The notes: generated from the letters alone by a model not told the origin. Positions 12,277 to 26,217 are shown, counted from the stretch's first letter. The stretch is DNA of 64,000 nucleotides from Octopus sinensis (GCF_006345805.1 NC_043002.1:6448001-6512000); one strand, 5' to 3'. Made by a program: numbers and translations.

Positions 12277-12490
12277 ATGGCAGCGACCTGGCAGAATCGG
12301 TAGAATATCGGACAACCTACTAAGCGGCATTTCTTCCGACTCTTTGGTTCAATTTTTGTTGAGTTTGACTTTGCCTTTAATTTTTTTTGGTAGGGTTTAT
12401 AAAATAAGCACCAGTCAAGCACTAGGGTCGATGAACTGACAGGCCCCTTCCCCACAAATTTCAGACGTTTTGTCTATAGCAGAAATAAAC
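12277..12490 (+). mobile_element. Degraded family-B-related SINE (alternative tail)
   Basis: GGCAGCGACCTGGCAGAATCG head, GACTTTGCCTTT, ATAAAATAAGCACCAG. Confidence 0.6.
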
Positions 12491-13791
12491 ATATTGCTCT
12501 TTATCATAAAACCAGATTATGAGTCACACAATCAACTGGTTCAATCCCTCTGTATTACATATATTTAGAGAGGATCTGCGAAGGCTTTCGATCTGCTAGA
12601 AATTGGTACCAAACTCCATCTTATGAAACCATAGCGACTTTAAAAATGAAAGATACATTATCTGAAAAATATCACGAGAGGAGATGGTTATGGCTGGATT
12701 ACCTTCTACCAGAGGTATGATAAACAACAACACAAAGAACTAAAACTCATTTCATTGAGTCCAGGAGAATGAAATGGAAAAATGACATCATCTAAATTTG
12801 AACGTAGACGAACACGGTTTAATACCTTATTTACTTATTGCGGTTTACATTCTGTTGTCATCGGTTTATATTATTATTGTCATCGTCGGCATCAACATCA
12901 TCAGCAGTAGTTTTCCTACCTTTTTTTATTTAGCATTGGCGATCACATTCTCTATAACTGATGCAGTCATCTTGGAAGAAAATGGCGACTACACCCATGT
13001 GCTACTCAAACCGAGAGAAAGCGTGGGTGTGGGGCAATAAATTTCGTTACTTTCTTGGTACTTTATTTGCTCGACCTCTGAATCATGAAAGGCTCTTCCA
13101 AAAAAAAAAAAAGAAAGAAAATGAAACTAAAATAGCCTTTGCATGGCCTTTATATTCTCTTCCGTAAAAACAGCACTTCATAAAGTAATTAATAAATTAA
13201 TAACAACTAAACGAAATAAAAGCAGACATACTTAACTGATATTTCAATGAATTATTAAACTAAATTATTGTGTAATTTAGAGGCATATTTTACGTAAACG
13301 ACAGACACAACTATCAATAACGACAAACGAATGGCACATTAAATATATTTTATTAAACAAATTTATCCCAGCTTTAAAATAAATGAACGCATTATCGACG
13401 AGCTCAATAAATAGAGCAGAGCCTGCATTGCACGTAATAGGAATCTAGAAAATTAATATATTAGCAAATTACGAAAATTAAACAAATCTCCTGATCACCC
13501 ACATACTGAAAGTAGATGAATACACATCCTATGACTAATGAAATGCATAAATTCATGTGTAGATAAGGGTGTTGTAAATTCCACGATTCTTTCTCCTACA
13601 CAGGACATACAAAAACTACACATTCTCAACGAATGACTGTATTTACAAGCAAAATGCCATGGTACCACAATATCGCACAATACATAAGAAAACTAGTTAA
13701 AGAAAATACAAATATATAACTAGGGGTCTACGTACAGTACAGTATTCTGTACCATACACAAATCTATATTCAATACAATACCTTATAATAT

Positions 13792-14025
13792 GTATTTCTT
13801 TACTATCCACAAGGGGCTAAACATAGAGGAGACAAACAAGGACAGACAAATGGATTAAGTCGATTACATCGACTCCAGTGCGTAACTGGTACTTTATTTA
13901 TCGACCCCGAAAGGATGAAAGGCAAAGTCGACCTCGGCGGAATTTGAACTCAGAATGTAACGAGAGACGAAATACCGCTAAGCATTTCGCCCGGCGTGCT
14001 AACGTGTCTGCCAGCTCACCGCCTT
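13792..14025 (-). mobile_element. SINE family B
   Basis: Full-length; 15-bp TSD AATACCTTATAATAT at 13777 and 14026. Confidence 0.93.
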
Positions 14026-14049
14026 AATACCTTATAATATACACTAGTG

Positions 14050-14290
14050 TTCATCTCAATCGAAGGAGAGGGGATTTCTCCGTCCGGGTTGCGGATCCGT
14101 GGAATAAACTGCCGGACGAGATAGTGAAGATGCCGACGACCGCTCGGTTCAAAGTCTCCCTTGACCACAGATGGCCTGAACTCTTTGCATGAACACCATC
14201 CTGTACGTAACTCCATGTCCCCCTACATGGCCTTGCTTTTTGCTTTTTGAGCCAAAAAATCAAATAAAAAAAATCAAATAAAATATACAA
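14050..14290 (+). mobile_element. CR1-like LINE 3' end fragment
   Basis: Near-frame peptide ...SVRVADPWNKLPDEIVKMPTTARFKVSLDHRW followed by a short UTR and AAATCAAATA repeats. Confidence 0.7.
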
Positions 14291-14627
14291 TGTAATGCAA
14301 TATCCGGCACAATACACCCGGCTATATAGAATATTTTACATTGGACCCTAGTTCTTATTAATTTGTACATCCAAATTAACTTAGATGTGTCCGTTTGAAC
14401 ACCGTAAGCTGGGGCAATCCCGCTGAGAAGTCATCTCGTATGGGCATTAATTGCGAAAAGAAGCACAGATTATATCAGCACTTAGCGTCTATGACAGATG
14501 ATTTGCCAAGACAATTATCGCAACTTAAGATGTTCAGAACAACATATCCACGTTAAGTTTGATGTTCAAATAAATATTTGTTACGAAAAGAGACATCCGT
14601 CCTTAATAGTTGATTTATACGCTAATG

Positions 14628-15298
14628 CATTGGTTCTCACCAAGGGTCCATATAAAACTTTGCTGTTACAATTTATGTGCAGTAAATTGGTTATACAACA
14701 CACAATATTTCAACAACATTTTTTATACAATCTCTACTAGTATTTAATTATAAAATTACTCTTTACTCCTTTTAATCTTTTACTCTTTTACTTGTTTCCG
14801 TCTTTTGACTGCGGCCATGCTGTTGCACCACCTTTAGTCGAGCAAATCGCCCCCATGACTTATTGTTTGTAAGCCTAGTACTTATTCTATCGGTGTCTTT
14901 TGCCCAACCGCTAAGTTACGGGTACTTAAACACACCAGCATAGGTTGTCAAACGATGTTGGTGGGGACAAACACAGACACACAAACATATACACACATAC
15001 ATACATACATATATATATATATAATATATACATATATACGACGGGCTTCTTTCAGTTTCCATCTACCAAATCCACTCACAAAGCTTTGGTCGGCCTGAGT
15101 CTATAGTATAAGATACTTGCCTAAGGTGCCACACAGTGGGACTGAACCCGGAACTATGTGGTTCGTAAGCAAGCTACTTATCTCACAGCCACTCTTACGC
15201 TAGTTTTTAAAAAAATATACATTGTATTCTATGAAGGCCCGGTAGACTGAAATAGGAATCACAAGGGTCCATAGGCAAAGCATAGTTGAGAACCACTG
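14628..15298. mobile_element. hAT (Charlie-like) MITE interrupted by SINE A
   Basis: TIR-like CATTGGTTCTCACC ... GTTGAGAACCACTG; flanks CGCTAATG/CACTAGTT resemble a decayed 8-bp TSD. Confidence 0.6.
14770..15199 (-). mobile_element. SINE family A, full-length with internal TA/CA tract
   Basis: Head GCGTAAGAGTGGCTGTGAG...GGTTCAGTCCC, tail CAGCATGGCCGCAGTCAAAAGAC. Confidence 0.9.
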
Positions 15299-15304
15299 CA
15301 CTAG

Positions 15305-15911
15305 TTTATATAAAGATCCTCTTCGGTCACGTATGACTATGAGGTTGCTCCTAGAAAGTTCCCCTCCAAGTTACAAGTCTGGGAAAAATTGTTTATGGAA
15401 GACCAGCAGTCGCCCATGTATACCAATTTCTTTACTACCTACAAGGGGCTAAACACAGAGAGGACAAACAAGGACAGACAAACGGATTAAGTCGATTACA
15501 TCGACCCCAGTGCGTAACTGGTACTTAATTTATCGACCCCGAAAGGATGAAAGGCAAAGTCGAGCTCGGCGGAATCTGAACTCAGAACGTAGCGGCAGAC
15601 GAAATACTGCTAAGCATTTCGCCCGGCGTGGTAACGTTTCTGCCAGCTCGCCGCCCATGTATACCAGCTTCTCCGCTCCGTATCACCGATGCTATCCAAG
15701 GGGAAGTCTAAGACCGACACAACTTGGAACCAGCGACGTCGCAACTAATTTCTACTGTTGAGTGAACTGGAGGAACGCGAAATAAAGTGCCTTGACCCAG
15801 AACACAACACACAGCCCAATCTGGGAATCGCATGGCTCAGTGGATAGAGCTGTCAGGCCCACAATCATGAGGTAGTGAGCCCGATGCTCGAACCACTGAG
15901 CTATGCGCCTA
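15305..15911 (-). mobile_element. SINE family D (CORE-like central region) interrupted by SINE B
   Basis: Head AGGCGCATAGCTCAGTGG; minus GTCAAGGCACTTTATTTC segment resembles the CORE start; body continues across the insertion. Confidence 0.75.
15426..15653 (-). mobile_element. SINE family B nested in SINE D
   Basis: TSD CGCCCATGTATACCA at 15411 and 15652. Confidence 0.92.
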
Positions 15912-16529
15912 CACAAAACGAAACCCAGCTAAGTGTGCTCTGTCGTGCTGACTCTATCGGTTAGAAAAAGTAACCACATTTTCAAATCATACCTTTCAGG
16001 GCACATGAAGGGCACATGAAATAATATGGTTTTAAATGCATTATGTCTGCGTGCGATCACGTTGGTCACGCGTGGAACGCTTTTTAGCTCTACTCCATAT
16101 CGGTTGTTAGCAGTTCCTAATATCAAAACTGACCATCAAACTAGTCATGGAAAAACCTACTAATAACAAAATTTAACGCCAAGCATAACGCGTATATCAT
16201 GAGGCAGCAAATTTTGTTGCTTGACAACCTCACTTTTATATATAAAGATTTTAGATTTTCTCCCAAAAGGCCTTTAGATTCATGCAGGACAATATACAAA
16301 GTAGGATATCAAACCATTCCATCAGATGTTGACTTGTAGGTGAAGGCAATTTCGGCGCTTTATCAACAGCATTGCTTGCTCGGTTGTTTCAGAATATTCG
16401 GAGCTGGTGTCAAGAACAAGACAACAAAAATATGATTAGAAATGAAAAATATTGTTATCGAGTATATTAAACAGTGATCTCATACAACTAGGTTGGGAAA
16501 AGAGAACAAACCATGTATATATATATATA

Positions 16530-16745
16530 TAGTTAATCCAAACAAGAAAACACAAAAAAAAAAACAAAAAAAAAAACAACGCGAGGACGTGGAACAAATA
16601 AAGTATTATTGGACGCTCAGGAAAGAAGGGAAGAAGGAGGGTTTAACGTTTCGAGCGGAGCTTTTCGTCGGAAACATAGGAGAAGGAAAGATCCTGAGAA
16701 GGGAAGACAGAGGGAAAAAAATCGCCAGTGGTACTCACGATGTAT
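16530..16745 (-). mobile_element. Short TA-anchored pLTR-like element with CCGACGA hammerhead-like motif
   Basis: Minus GTTT-CCGACGA-AAAGC-TCC-GCTC-GAAACGTT-AAAC; homologs at 33540 and 61478; 3' end TTGGATTAAC(TA)n. Confidence 0.75.
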
Positions 16746-17613
16746 CGTGAAGTATATTTGCCACCCAAATGTGGCTAACCCTTAAAGGGTTGATACTACT
16801 GTAGCTTGTAGCCCCAGGAAGACATCTCCTCCAGAGATGTAAAACAATTATGATCAAACTGTGGGAATTTCTGAATGCACGCCTAGCAAAAATTTACCTT
16901 GAATTGTTTTAGTAATGTAGCCCGCATAATGTTCATGCGGCCCGCTTCTAGAAAAAGGTTGTCCGTGCTACGTGCAGAAGATTCTCAGTTTGTTAAATAT
17001 TTATGGGATAGGTTGATATATTATATCAATTACTAAAGTACTATTCTGATATTAGTTTTTCTCGCGGGGCCTTCTTGAGAGCCAACGAATTAGCAAAGAC
17101 GTATTGCTTAGAAAAGTAGTCTTGGTTGTGTTAAAGATGAGTAGTCGCCATGAAACGTAAACATAGATTGTGAGACAATATTTTGATGGGAGCATGAATG
17201 TTATTAAGGCAGGGCTTTTCTGTTGTTTTGAATGAACAAAATGAAAAAGAATTCACCCCACCACATTTGAAATCATTATTTTCCTCATGGGGTTTGCTAA
17301 GACGTCACACAGTTAACGAAAACTACTCATCTCTTAGGATTCTTGTTTTGATAAATACAAATCAAGAACCCTGGGTGTCCGTCTGCTACAGACGAATGTT
17401 GATGAATGAATGTGTGTGAATATAAGTATGAACAACTGTGAGGTAGTATAGGTCTATCTGTTAGTGCCTATCCTCATTTGAATGTGTGTGTGTGAGTGTG
17501 CGTCTGTGCGTGCGTGTGTATGATTCGTGCACGTGTCTGCGTATCATCATAGTACCTTTATGGCGCATAACTAACTATAACTATACAGCGACACAGACAC
17601 GCGCGCGCGAACA

Positions 17614-17754
<141 letters not shown>

Positions 17755-17874
17755 GAGAGAGAGATAGACATATAGATATAGATATCTACATATGTATACA
17801 TGCATACATACATACGTACATACATAAATACATACATATATATATATATGTATGTTTATTTTCCTTTATTATTT

Positions 17875-18099
17875 TGTTCTTTTATTCGTTTTAGTCATTT
17901 GACTGCGACCATGCTGGAGCACCGCCTTTAGTCGAACAAATCGACGCCAGGGCTTATTCTTCGTAAGCCTAGTACTTACCTTATCGGGTACTTTTGCCGA
18001 ACCGCTAATTTACAGGGACGTATACATACTAACATCGGTTGTCAAGCGATGGTGAGTGACAAACACAAACACACAAACACATATACAGACACAGACACA

Positions 18100-18137
<38 letters not shown>

Positions 18138-18298
18138 ACAGGCTTCTTTCAGTTTTCGTCTACCAAATCCACTCACAAGTCTTTGGTCGGCCCGAGGCTA
18201 TAGTAGAAGACACTTGTCCATGGCGCTACGCATTGAGATTGAACTAGGAACCATGTGGTTGGTAAGCAAGCTACTTACCACACAGCCACTCCTGCGCC
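17875..18298 (-). mobile_element. SINE family A, full-length
   Basis: Head GGCGCAGGAGTGGCTGTGTGGTAAGTAGCTTGCTTACC; same tail as other copies. Confidence 0.92.
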
Positions 18299-18322
18299 TA
18301 AAATATATATATATATATATAA

Positions 18323-18357
<35 letters not shown>

Positions 18358-18360
<3 letters not shown>

Positions 18361-19919
18361 ATTATAAAAGGCAGATTTTATCTGCCTCCCTTTGGAGTGA
18401 TACAATTTACAATATAGGATTTCTTCAATTACAATTTACCTAGCATTTTTAAGAGTACAATGCATCGCGTCATGCCAGGTCCAGTTTTTAAAATTTAAAC
18501 TCCAATTAAGCAAAATTTACAAAAAAAAAAAACTCACATTCTGGTGTGTGTGTCAAATGCTTTTCTTAGTCTGGTTTACACCACACGCAAACGCACACAC
18601 ACAGTGTGCAACGAATAAAATGAAAGTAAATAGCGACAGAGTGATTTGAGGAAGACTAAACTGAAAGTATTTAAACCACTACTCAAAAAATAAAAAAACA
18701 CAGCAAACAGAAACAAATAAATACATAACCATTTACTCCTCACACAATTTCTTCAATTAGAATTTACCTAAGATTTTTCAGAGTACTTTAGTGGGTGATG
18801 CCATAAAAAATTTCTTTCGATTTTACCACCAATTAAGACAAAATTCGAGAAAACTCAATATTTTAACATATCAATCCGAAAGCATTGATGTACATGTGTG
18901 CGTGCGTGAGTGTGTGTGTGTCATTCCTCACACACACGCATACACATACATATACAACTACATACAACTACATACACATACAACTACATACAAACACGTG
19001 TGTGTTTGTTATTAGTAAAAAAGGCGCCAAAACTCAACTCACTTATCATTCCAACACATTTGCAAAGACACACGGACGGACAGAAAATGTAAATTGGTTT
19101 TTATTTTACTCTGTATATATTTTATTATATAATATTATATATAGATATATGTATATATAATTGCAGTATGAAACAGTGTTTATGTATAAACAGACGACAC
19201 TTATATATAGTTACCAAGCCGCCCGAATTTACCTATTCATATTTAAATGAGAATATCAGAGCAAATCTCTTTAGTACATTCGTGAAAACACGTATTATAC
19301 TTCGTAAACACTTCAACTACAGTTTTGTACAAAAATCGAAGTGTAATTTTTATTCCGTGAATTATGGGAGATTTTTTTCCGAAATTTGTTCCTATTGTGT
19401 TTTCAAAATTTGTAATTCTGACAAAAAATGGATACGAATTTCATTATATCAAGCAGCGAGTCAGAATTCGAAGGATTTTCTACTGAAGACCTTCATAAAT
19501 CTAACTCTATGACTGAAAAAAAAAAGCATCTTTATATAAGAGTGAAGTTGTGTGTCTGTCTCCTACGATTTAGATTCCTAACTACTCCCACATTTTGCGG
19601 TGCAGTTTAACCAAAAGCGGGTATCTTATAGTCGTGATTCATATCGAGCTCTTCTGGGTATTAGCGTGCGTCTACGATGAGTCTACGATTTAAAAAAAAT
19701 TTACCATCATATTTTTCCATTTTAATGCATTTTTTTCGCTTTTATATAAGGGAAGTAACTCTCTAAAAATATCTACGATGTGTCAACGATTTAAAAAAAA
19801 TTTACCTTAATTTTTTTTCAATTTTTAATGCATTTTTTGCTATTTTTGGCTATAACTCTCTAAAAATGCTTATATAGTTATTTCCCTTACAACCCGAGCA
19901 ACGCCGGGCGATACTGCTA

Positions 19920-19920
<1 letters not shown>
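18358..19920 (+). mobile_element. Helitron-like region: two 5' ends (18358, 19529) and one CTAG 3' end
   Basis: A|TCTATTATAAAAG and A|TCTTTATATAAGAG starts; 3' ~110 bp nearly identical to 7900-8020. Confidence 0.65.
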
Positions 19921-20201
<281 letters not shown>

Positions 20202-20274
20202 ATAGGTACATGCATACATACGTTCATGTATATGTATGTGCGTATATACGTATATATACATTCACATATATCTT

Positions 20275-20430
20275 TTATCTTTTACTTGTTACAGTCATAA
20301 GAATGCGGTCATGATGGGGCAGGACCGTGAAGGATTTTTAGTTAAACGAATTGACTCCTTGCTTCTTCTGTCGGTCATTTTGAGGAACTGCTAAGTTACT
20401 GGGGGATACACAAGCCAACACCGTTTGCTA
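20275..20430 (-). mobile_element. SINE family A, degraded 3' part
   Basis: TCTTTTACTTGTTACAGTCAT...GCTAAGTTAC. Confidence 0.65.
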
Positions 20431-20509
20431 TACAGTGGTAAACGAACAAGCACGAAGGCAATACACACACATAGCTATATACGTGCATACGTACAAAACA
20501 TGCATACAT

Positions 20510-20587
<78 letters not shown>

Positions 20588-20636
20588 CATATATATATAT
20601 ATATACATATATATATGCGTGTGTGTGTGTGTGTGT

Positions 20637-20943
20637 GGAGGCGCAATGGCCCAGTGGTTAGGGCAGCGGACTCGCGGTCGTAGGATCGCGGTTTCGATTC
20701 CCAGACCGGGCGTTGTGAGTTTTTACTGAGCGAAAAACACCTAAAGCTCCACGCGGCTCCGGCAGGGGGAGGTGGCGACCCCTGCTGTATTCTTTCGCCA
20801 CAACTTTCTCCCAGTCTTTCTTGTGTTGACCTGCTCGCTTAGCCAGTGGGGTGGCGTCATTTGAAGGCTAAAACAATGCGAAGCGCATTGTGACCAGCGA
20901 TGTGTAGCAACATCTGATAGCCTGGTCGGTCACGTGATCACGG

Positions 20944-20947
<4 letters not shown>
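20637..20947 (+). mobile_element. SINE family C, tail type 2
   Basis: Head near-identical to the 4451 copy through CACAACTTTCTC, then an unrelated tail (AACAATGCGAAGCGCATTG...GGTCACGTGATCAC). Confidence 0.88.
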
Positions 20948-21008
<61 letters not shown>

Positions 21009-21159
21009 GCATAGTAAAGATAATTTGCCAACATAATGTGGAAGTCCTGATTAGGACGACTGTTACTGTTATGTTGGTCTGTATGTTAGCTTATTCTGGT
21101 ATGTTACTAAATGTTTCGTGTTCAGAGATATAATGATAATAATTTTTCTCTCTCTCTCT

Positions 21160-21201
<42 letters not shown>

Positions 21202-21739
21202 GCGCAGGAGGATTTGTGGTAAGTAGTTTGCTTACCAAATCTCAATATATTACTTCAAATTAATCTTGATAGTTTTATGATAGGTTTATGATATTTGTCG
21301 CCTCCCTCAGCCCCTTTCCTAACAGACACTGCTCCTTGTTCATTGGCCTTAGATTTTGATGTACAAAAGTTCGATAGACTATAAATTAAACCCGACCCCC
21401 AAAAGCAGTGACAAGCTAGATCTCTAACAAATCTTTCTTCCTGATACCTTAGTAACTTTAAAGCTGAAGTGAAGACAGCATGTTTTTTGTCTATCTCCTT
21501 ACCTTCTAGGAGATTTTGGGTAAAATTATACTAATGTGTGCGTATGTTTTAATTTGATTTAATTCTATGCATTTATGCAGCTGAGGATTGCTCTGCATTT
21601 GAATTGATGTAATGGTTGCATTGTTCAATTAAATGGAGCCGCTTGAAACGATCGTACTGCATTACCTCTGGATATCCTGTTGCTTATTTTGATTATATAT
21701 ATATATATATTATGTATTATGTGTGCATGTATGTATGTG

Positions 21740-21958
21740 TGCGTATATGTGTGTGTCTGTGCTGGTCCCTCCAACATCGCTTGACAACCGATGCTGGTGT
21801 GTTTATGTCCCTGTAACTTAGCGATTCCACAAAAGAGACTGATAGAATTAGTACTAGGCTTACAAAGAATAAGTCCTGGAGTCGATTTGCTCGACTAGAG
21901 GCGGTGCCCCGGCATGGCCGCACTCAAATGATTGAAACGAGTAAAAGAATAAAAGAAT
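21740..21958 (+). mobile_element. SINE family A, 3' part
   Basis: AACATCGCTTGACAACCGATGCTGG...GCATGGCCGCACTCAAATGA. Confidence 0.88.
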
Positions 21959-21989
21959 ATATATATATATTCTTTTATTCTTTTACTTG

Positions 21990-22620
21990 TTTCAATTATA
22001 TACTTGTATATAAACAAGGTGAAATATTTAAGATTAAATCAAATTTCACCTGTGCCTCGGAAAATCTAATCTATACCATTACATGCTTAGAGTGTGGTAA
22101 TAATTATATTGGCCAAACAGGAATATCACTCCGTCGAATAACCACTCTCCACAAAGAACAAATCCACCACCTAAAATACAGACAGATATAGGTCAGTGAA
22201 CACATAGAAAGGTGTGCTAGGAATCTTAATCTTAATTTCCTAATTTTCTCCTGCTAACAATGTTCACAGAACACCTCAGTACAACAAAGAATGAGTAAAG
22301 AGGCAACTTCCATCAATAAATATCTACCACAACTCAATATGAACACATAACATAATACAGTACACTACTAACCTTTCAATTAATACCACTAACCCCCATA
22401 CATCCCATACACCATTCACATTACAGATCTATATCTATCCTAATTGCACCAAATCCAGAACTACTTACCTCCCTTACACATAATCTTTTTACTCAGAGAC
22501 TAGTAGACCTGACACCGCTCAGTAATCGGTGTGCATCCAAGGCAATGATTAGTAATTTTACAAAACCGGTATGCTTTTGAATCTCTTTAACAATTCACAA
22601 TAATGACTTTTATTACTTTT
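21990..22620 (+). pseudogene. Penelope-like GIY-YIG fragment with degenerate 3' pLTR
   Basis: FKIKSNFTCASENLIYTITCLECGNNYIGQTG...VSEHIERC...INKYLPQLN; downstream GCAT...AAAACCGGTATGC resembles a decayed hammerhead. Confidence 0.8.
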
Positions 22621-22942
22621 ATTCCTACCTTAGTTCATGTAATTGTATATATCTATCGTTACATTTCATAAAAGCCTTTACTTTTTTTGACTTCCAATGT
22701 GTATTTTCGCTTATTTTTCTTCTTCCTTTCCTCTTACATTTCCGCATGTAGTTTCAATTTTCTTTTTGTACTATATGTCTATTATGTGTGTGTGTGTGTG
22801 TGTTGTGTGTGTGTGTGCGTGTCTTCTTTCAGTTTCCGTCCCACAAATCCATTCCCAAGGCATCCTTCCGCCGAGATTTGCCAAAGAATACACTTGCTGA
22901 AAGTGTCACGGATTTGGCCAAACAGCTAAGGACGTATATATA

Positions 22943-23330
22943 GACGCAGGCGTGGCTGTGTGGTAACAAACCTGCTTCCCAGCCACATGGTTTTGGATTC
23001 AGTCCCACTGTGTGACACCTTGGGCAAGTTTGTTTCTTCTGTGGCCTCGGGCTAACCAAAGCCATCTAGGTCGAAACTGAAAGAAGACTGTTGTATATAT
23101 ATGTATATATTTATGTTTGTGTCTTTGTGTCCCCTACCATGGGTTGCCAACCGGTGTTGGCATGTTTAAGTTCCCGTAACTTAGCGGTTCGGCAAAACAG
23201 TACAATAGAATAAGTACCAGGCTTACAAAGAATAAGTCCTGGGGCCGATTTCTTCCACTAAAAACCCCTTTAAAGCGGTGTTCCAGCATGGTCGCAGTGA
23301 AATGACTGAAACAAGTAAAAAAATAAAAGA
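22943..23330 (+). mobile_element. SINE family A, full-length
   Basis: tRNA-like head, ACCTTGGGCAAG segment, tail CAGCATGGTCGCAG...GAAACAAGTAAAA. Confidence 0.9.
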
Positions 23331-23335
23331 ATATA

Positions 23336-23393
<58 letters not shown>

Positions 23394-23660
23394 CTCCACA
23401 AAACTCTCTTTTGTAATCCTTGTATATTTTATAATTATAAATTTGCATAGATTATATAAGTCACAAAGTATACACATAGTTACGAAAACACACGTACATG
23501 TATGTACGCTCTCTCATATATACATATTTATATGTAGTTATATATGGATATACGTAATTATTAAAAAGAATATTACCCATCTGTCCATCCACCTCCCCCT
23601 CCCTCCCTCCTTACCTACCTACGTATGTATGTATGTAGGTAGGTATATACATATATATAA

Positions 23661-24033
23661 TCTCTCTATATATAAACGGCAAAATGTCTGCCTGTGTGTG
23701 TGTATCCTTTATACAAATCCACAATTTTTCAGTTAGAGGGCTCGCACTTTCTATGGTCATTCAAAATTGTCCAAGGGTGGTCGTATACATCTTTACATTT
23801 CCCCAGTCACCCCGCAAAGCCATTAAAAAATCAATAGAGGTGACTTTTTTTGTGAATTTTCTATCCAAAACCCAATCAAAATGCCTGAAACTTGATACGC
23901 CAATTGAATGCCTGCTAGCTGTATGTGATTGGTCGGAGATTTGGAAAGTACTCGCGTGTGTATGTGCGCACGCACGCAGCTGTATATGCATGCACTAGCA
24001 GTATGACCCGCCGTTGCCGGGTCATAGTGCTAG
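23661..24033 (+). mobile_element. Non-autonomous Helitron
   Basis: A|TCTCTCTATATATAAACGGC start, GCTAG|T end with hairpin; body homologous to 58958-59230. Confidence 0.8.
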
Positions 24034-24063
24034 TATATTATGTATATATATATATATATGTAA

Positions 24064-24097
<34 letters not shown>

Positions 24098-25223
24098 TAT
24101 GTGTGTGTGTGTGTGTGTGTGTGTGTATGAACCCACAAACATGTTCAACAAGGACAGTTCAGAATAGCAAAACCCAAGATATAAAAAAAGATTTACTAAT
24201 AAGCATATCAAAGTCTCGTTCTCTTCATCAGCTGCTTATCGGATATCACCTTGGTTTCGATACCGAGGCAGTAGCTTCGAGAGAGTGGTGTGAAGAACGT
24301 TAAGAACATAAACGCTGCCTGTGAATCAATAGATAAGCTGCCGGATCAAAACATAAATGTACTATTCCCATTATGCCATCACCTGCTTTTTATGACAAGT
24401 AGCAACTACGATTCTAAAGAAAATAATATTAATTTATTACTACGAAGCTAGAAATAAAAAAAAAAAGCAGTATCTATACAGAAAAACATTTCTCTGAAAA
24501 AGCACATTGTGATCACTAGTACTATAATACATAGTTATGTATGTTATGTATGTGTGTATGTATGTATGCATGTATGTATGTATGTATGTATGTATGTATG
24601 TAGGTATGTATGTATGTATGTATGTATGTATGTATGTATACGGGCGATTCTTTCTAAGTATGTACGCATATTTGTATTTACTTGTTCACACACGTATATT
24701 TCCAAAAAACCAGCGCACACATTTATCTGACGTGTAACTGCATTTCATTTTATTTCAACTGTTGCTCTTCATGTATAAGGGATGGAGACGAAGTTAATCC
24801 TCCACCCCTATTTTTGTGACCCAGTTTTTCTTACTATATCTCGGCGGGTCGTCGTTATTAAGTTCTTTGATGTTACAGAAGAATATTTTTTATGAGTTTG
24901 CTAACTATTTGAAGATACTGTGACTAAACCTTAAGGTTTTGTTGTCGGCATTTCTTTGTTGAAATGTGGTACGTTTTCCTTTTAGAACGTATAAATACTT
25001 AAAAACAGAAAAATAAGCTAATTGACGCATGTTTTCAGTGTCTGTGTGTGTGTATGCATTTCTTTACAACCATACACACACACGCATCTCCCTCCCTCTC
25101 TCTCTCTTTATATATCTCTTTATATTCACGTTGGGTGGAATTTTTTAAAATGGCGGTGCCCCAGCATGGCCACAGCTCAAGAGCTGAAACTGGAAAACAT
25201 AAACATATATATATAATATATAT

Positions 25224-25266
<43 letters not shown>

Positions 25267-25439
25267 AGAGATAGAGAGAGAGACTCCTATACACACACAC
25301 ACTCACTTCCATACACACACACATACACACATATATTCGTGATAAATTCCTGTGTACGTAATGTTTAACTAAATTTCCCAAACTTGCGCTATATGTACAC
25401 AGGTTATCTTTACTCGTATAATCATTAAGTTTGGTAATA

Positions 25440-25645
25440 TTGGTTTCAGATTTTGGCAAGTACAGAGGAAGAGAATAAGTCGATTCTATCGATTCCAGTA
25501 CTAGATTGGGACATTTTTTATCGACCTCGAAATGATGAAAGGTAAAGTCGGCTTCGGTGAAATTTGAACTCAGAGTGTAAAGACGGACGAAATACCACTA
25601 AGCATTTTGCCAGCGCGGTAACGATTTTGCCAGCTCACCGCCTTA
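25440..25645 (-). mobile_element. Family-B-related SINE
   Basis: ATCGACCTCGAAATGATGAAAGG...GCCAGCTCACCGCCTT. Confidence 0.8.
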
Positions 25646-25907
25646 TTTATATATGAAGATATATCAAAATATTTAAGCTATTTGCCAGCGCTTTTTGCTT
25701 ATAAATAATGTACATATTGTACATCTTTTGATTTTTCTCTCTTTTTTTTTCCTAGTTCCAGCTCAGAGCTGCGGCCATGCTGATGTACTGTCTATGAAAA
25801 AGGCATTTGTTTATCACTAAGAAAAAGATACATAGACAATTTTCCTTATGCTGCAAATCTAAAAGCCTAAATTTTAAAAAATTATTACTGAATTAATGAA
25901 GGTTGAC

Positions 25908-26217
25908 GGATCTTTTCGCTTTGACCGGCAGATTCAAAAAATAATTTCTTTGTAATGTAACTAAACACTTTTAAACTTCGAATACTGGTAGAATGTGTTT
26001 ATAAAACATCTTTTTCTCTTGGCTTTCTTGAGAAAATTCTGTAGTTTGTAAGCTATTTGTTCTTTAATTTCTTGCATTTCGGCAATTTCAACCAATCAAT
26101 GACATCTATTGAGGTGAATTCAATTTCTGCCGGATCGTTGTCAACAACATTTTCTGACGCTGTCATAGTTACAAAGAAATTATTTTTAAAAATCTGCCGG
26201 TCAAAACGAAAAGATCC
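25908..26217. mobile_element. MITE with ~48-bp TIRs and 8-bp TSD
   Basis: GGATCTTTTCGCTTTGACCGGCAGATT...; right end is the reverse complement; flanks AGGTTGAC/AAGTTGAC. Confidence 0.8.

Noticed and set aside
17135-17333. 11-bp inverted repeat AGATGAGTAGT
   Set aside because: Too short, with no TSD or second copy.
19428-19515. Acidic peptide SSSESEFEGFSTEDL resembling transposase termini
   Set aside because: Very short, with no further transposase motifs.
20637-20712. tRNA-Arg-like sequence as a tRNA gene
   Set aside because: It is the head of a multi-copy SINE; acceptor stem incomplete.
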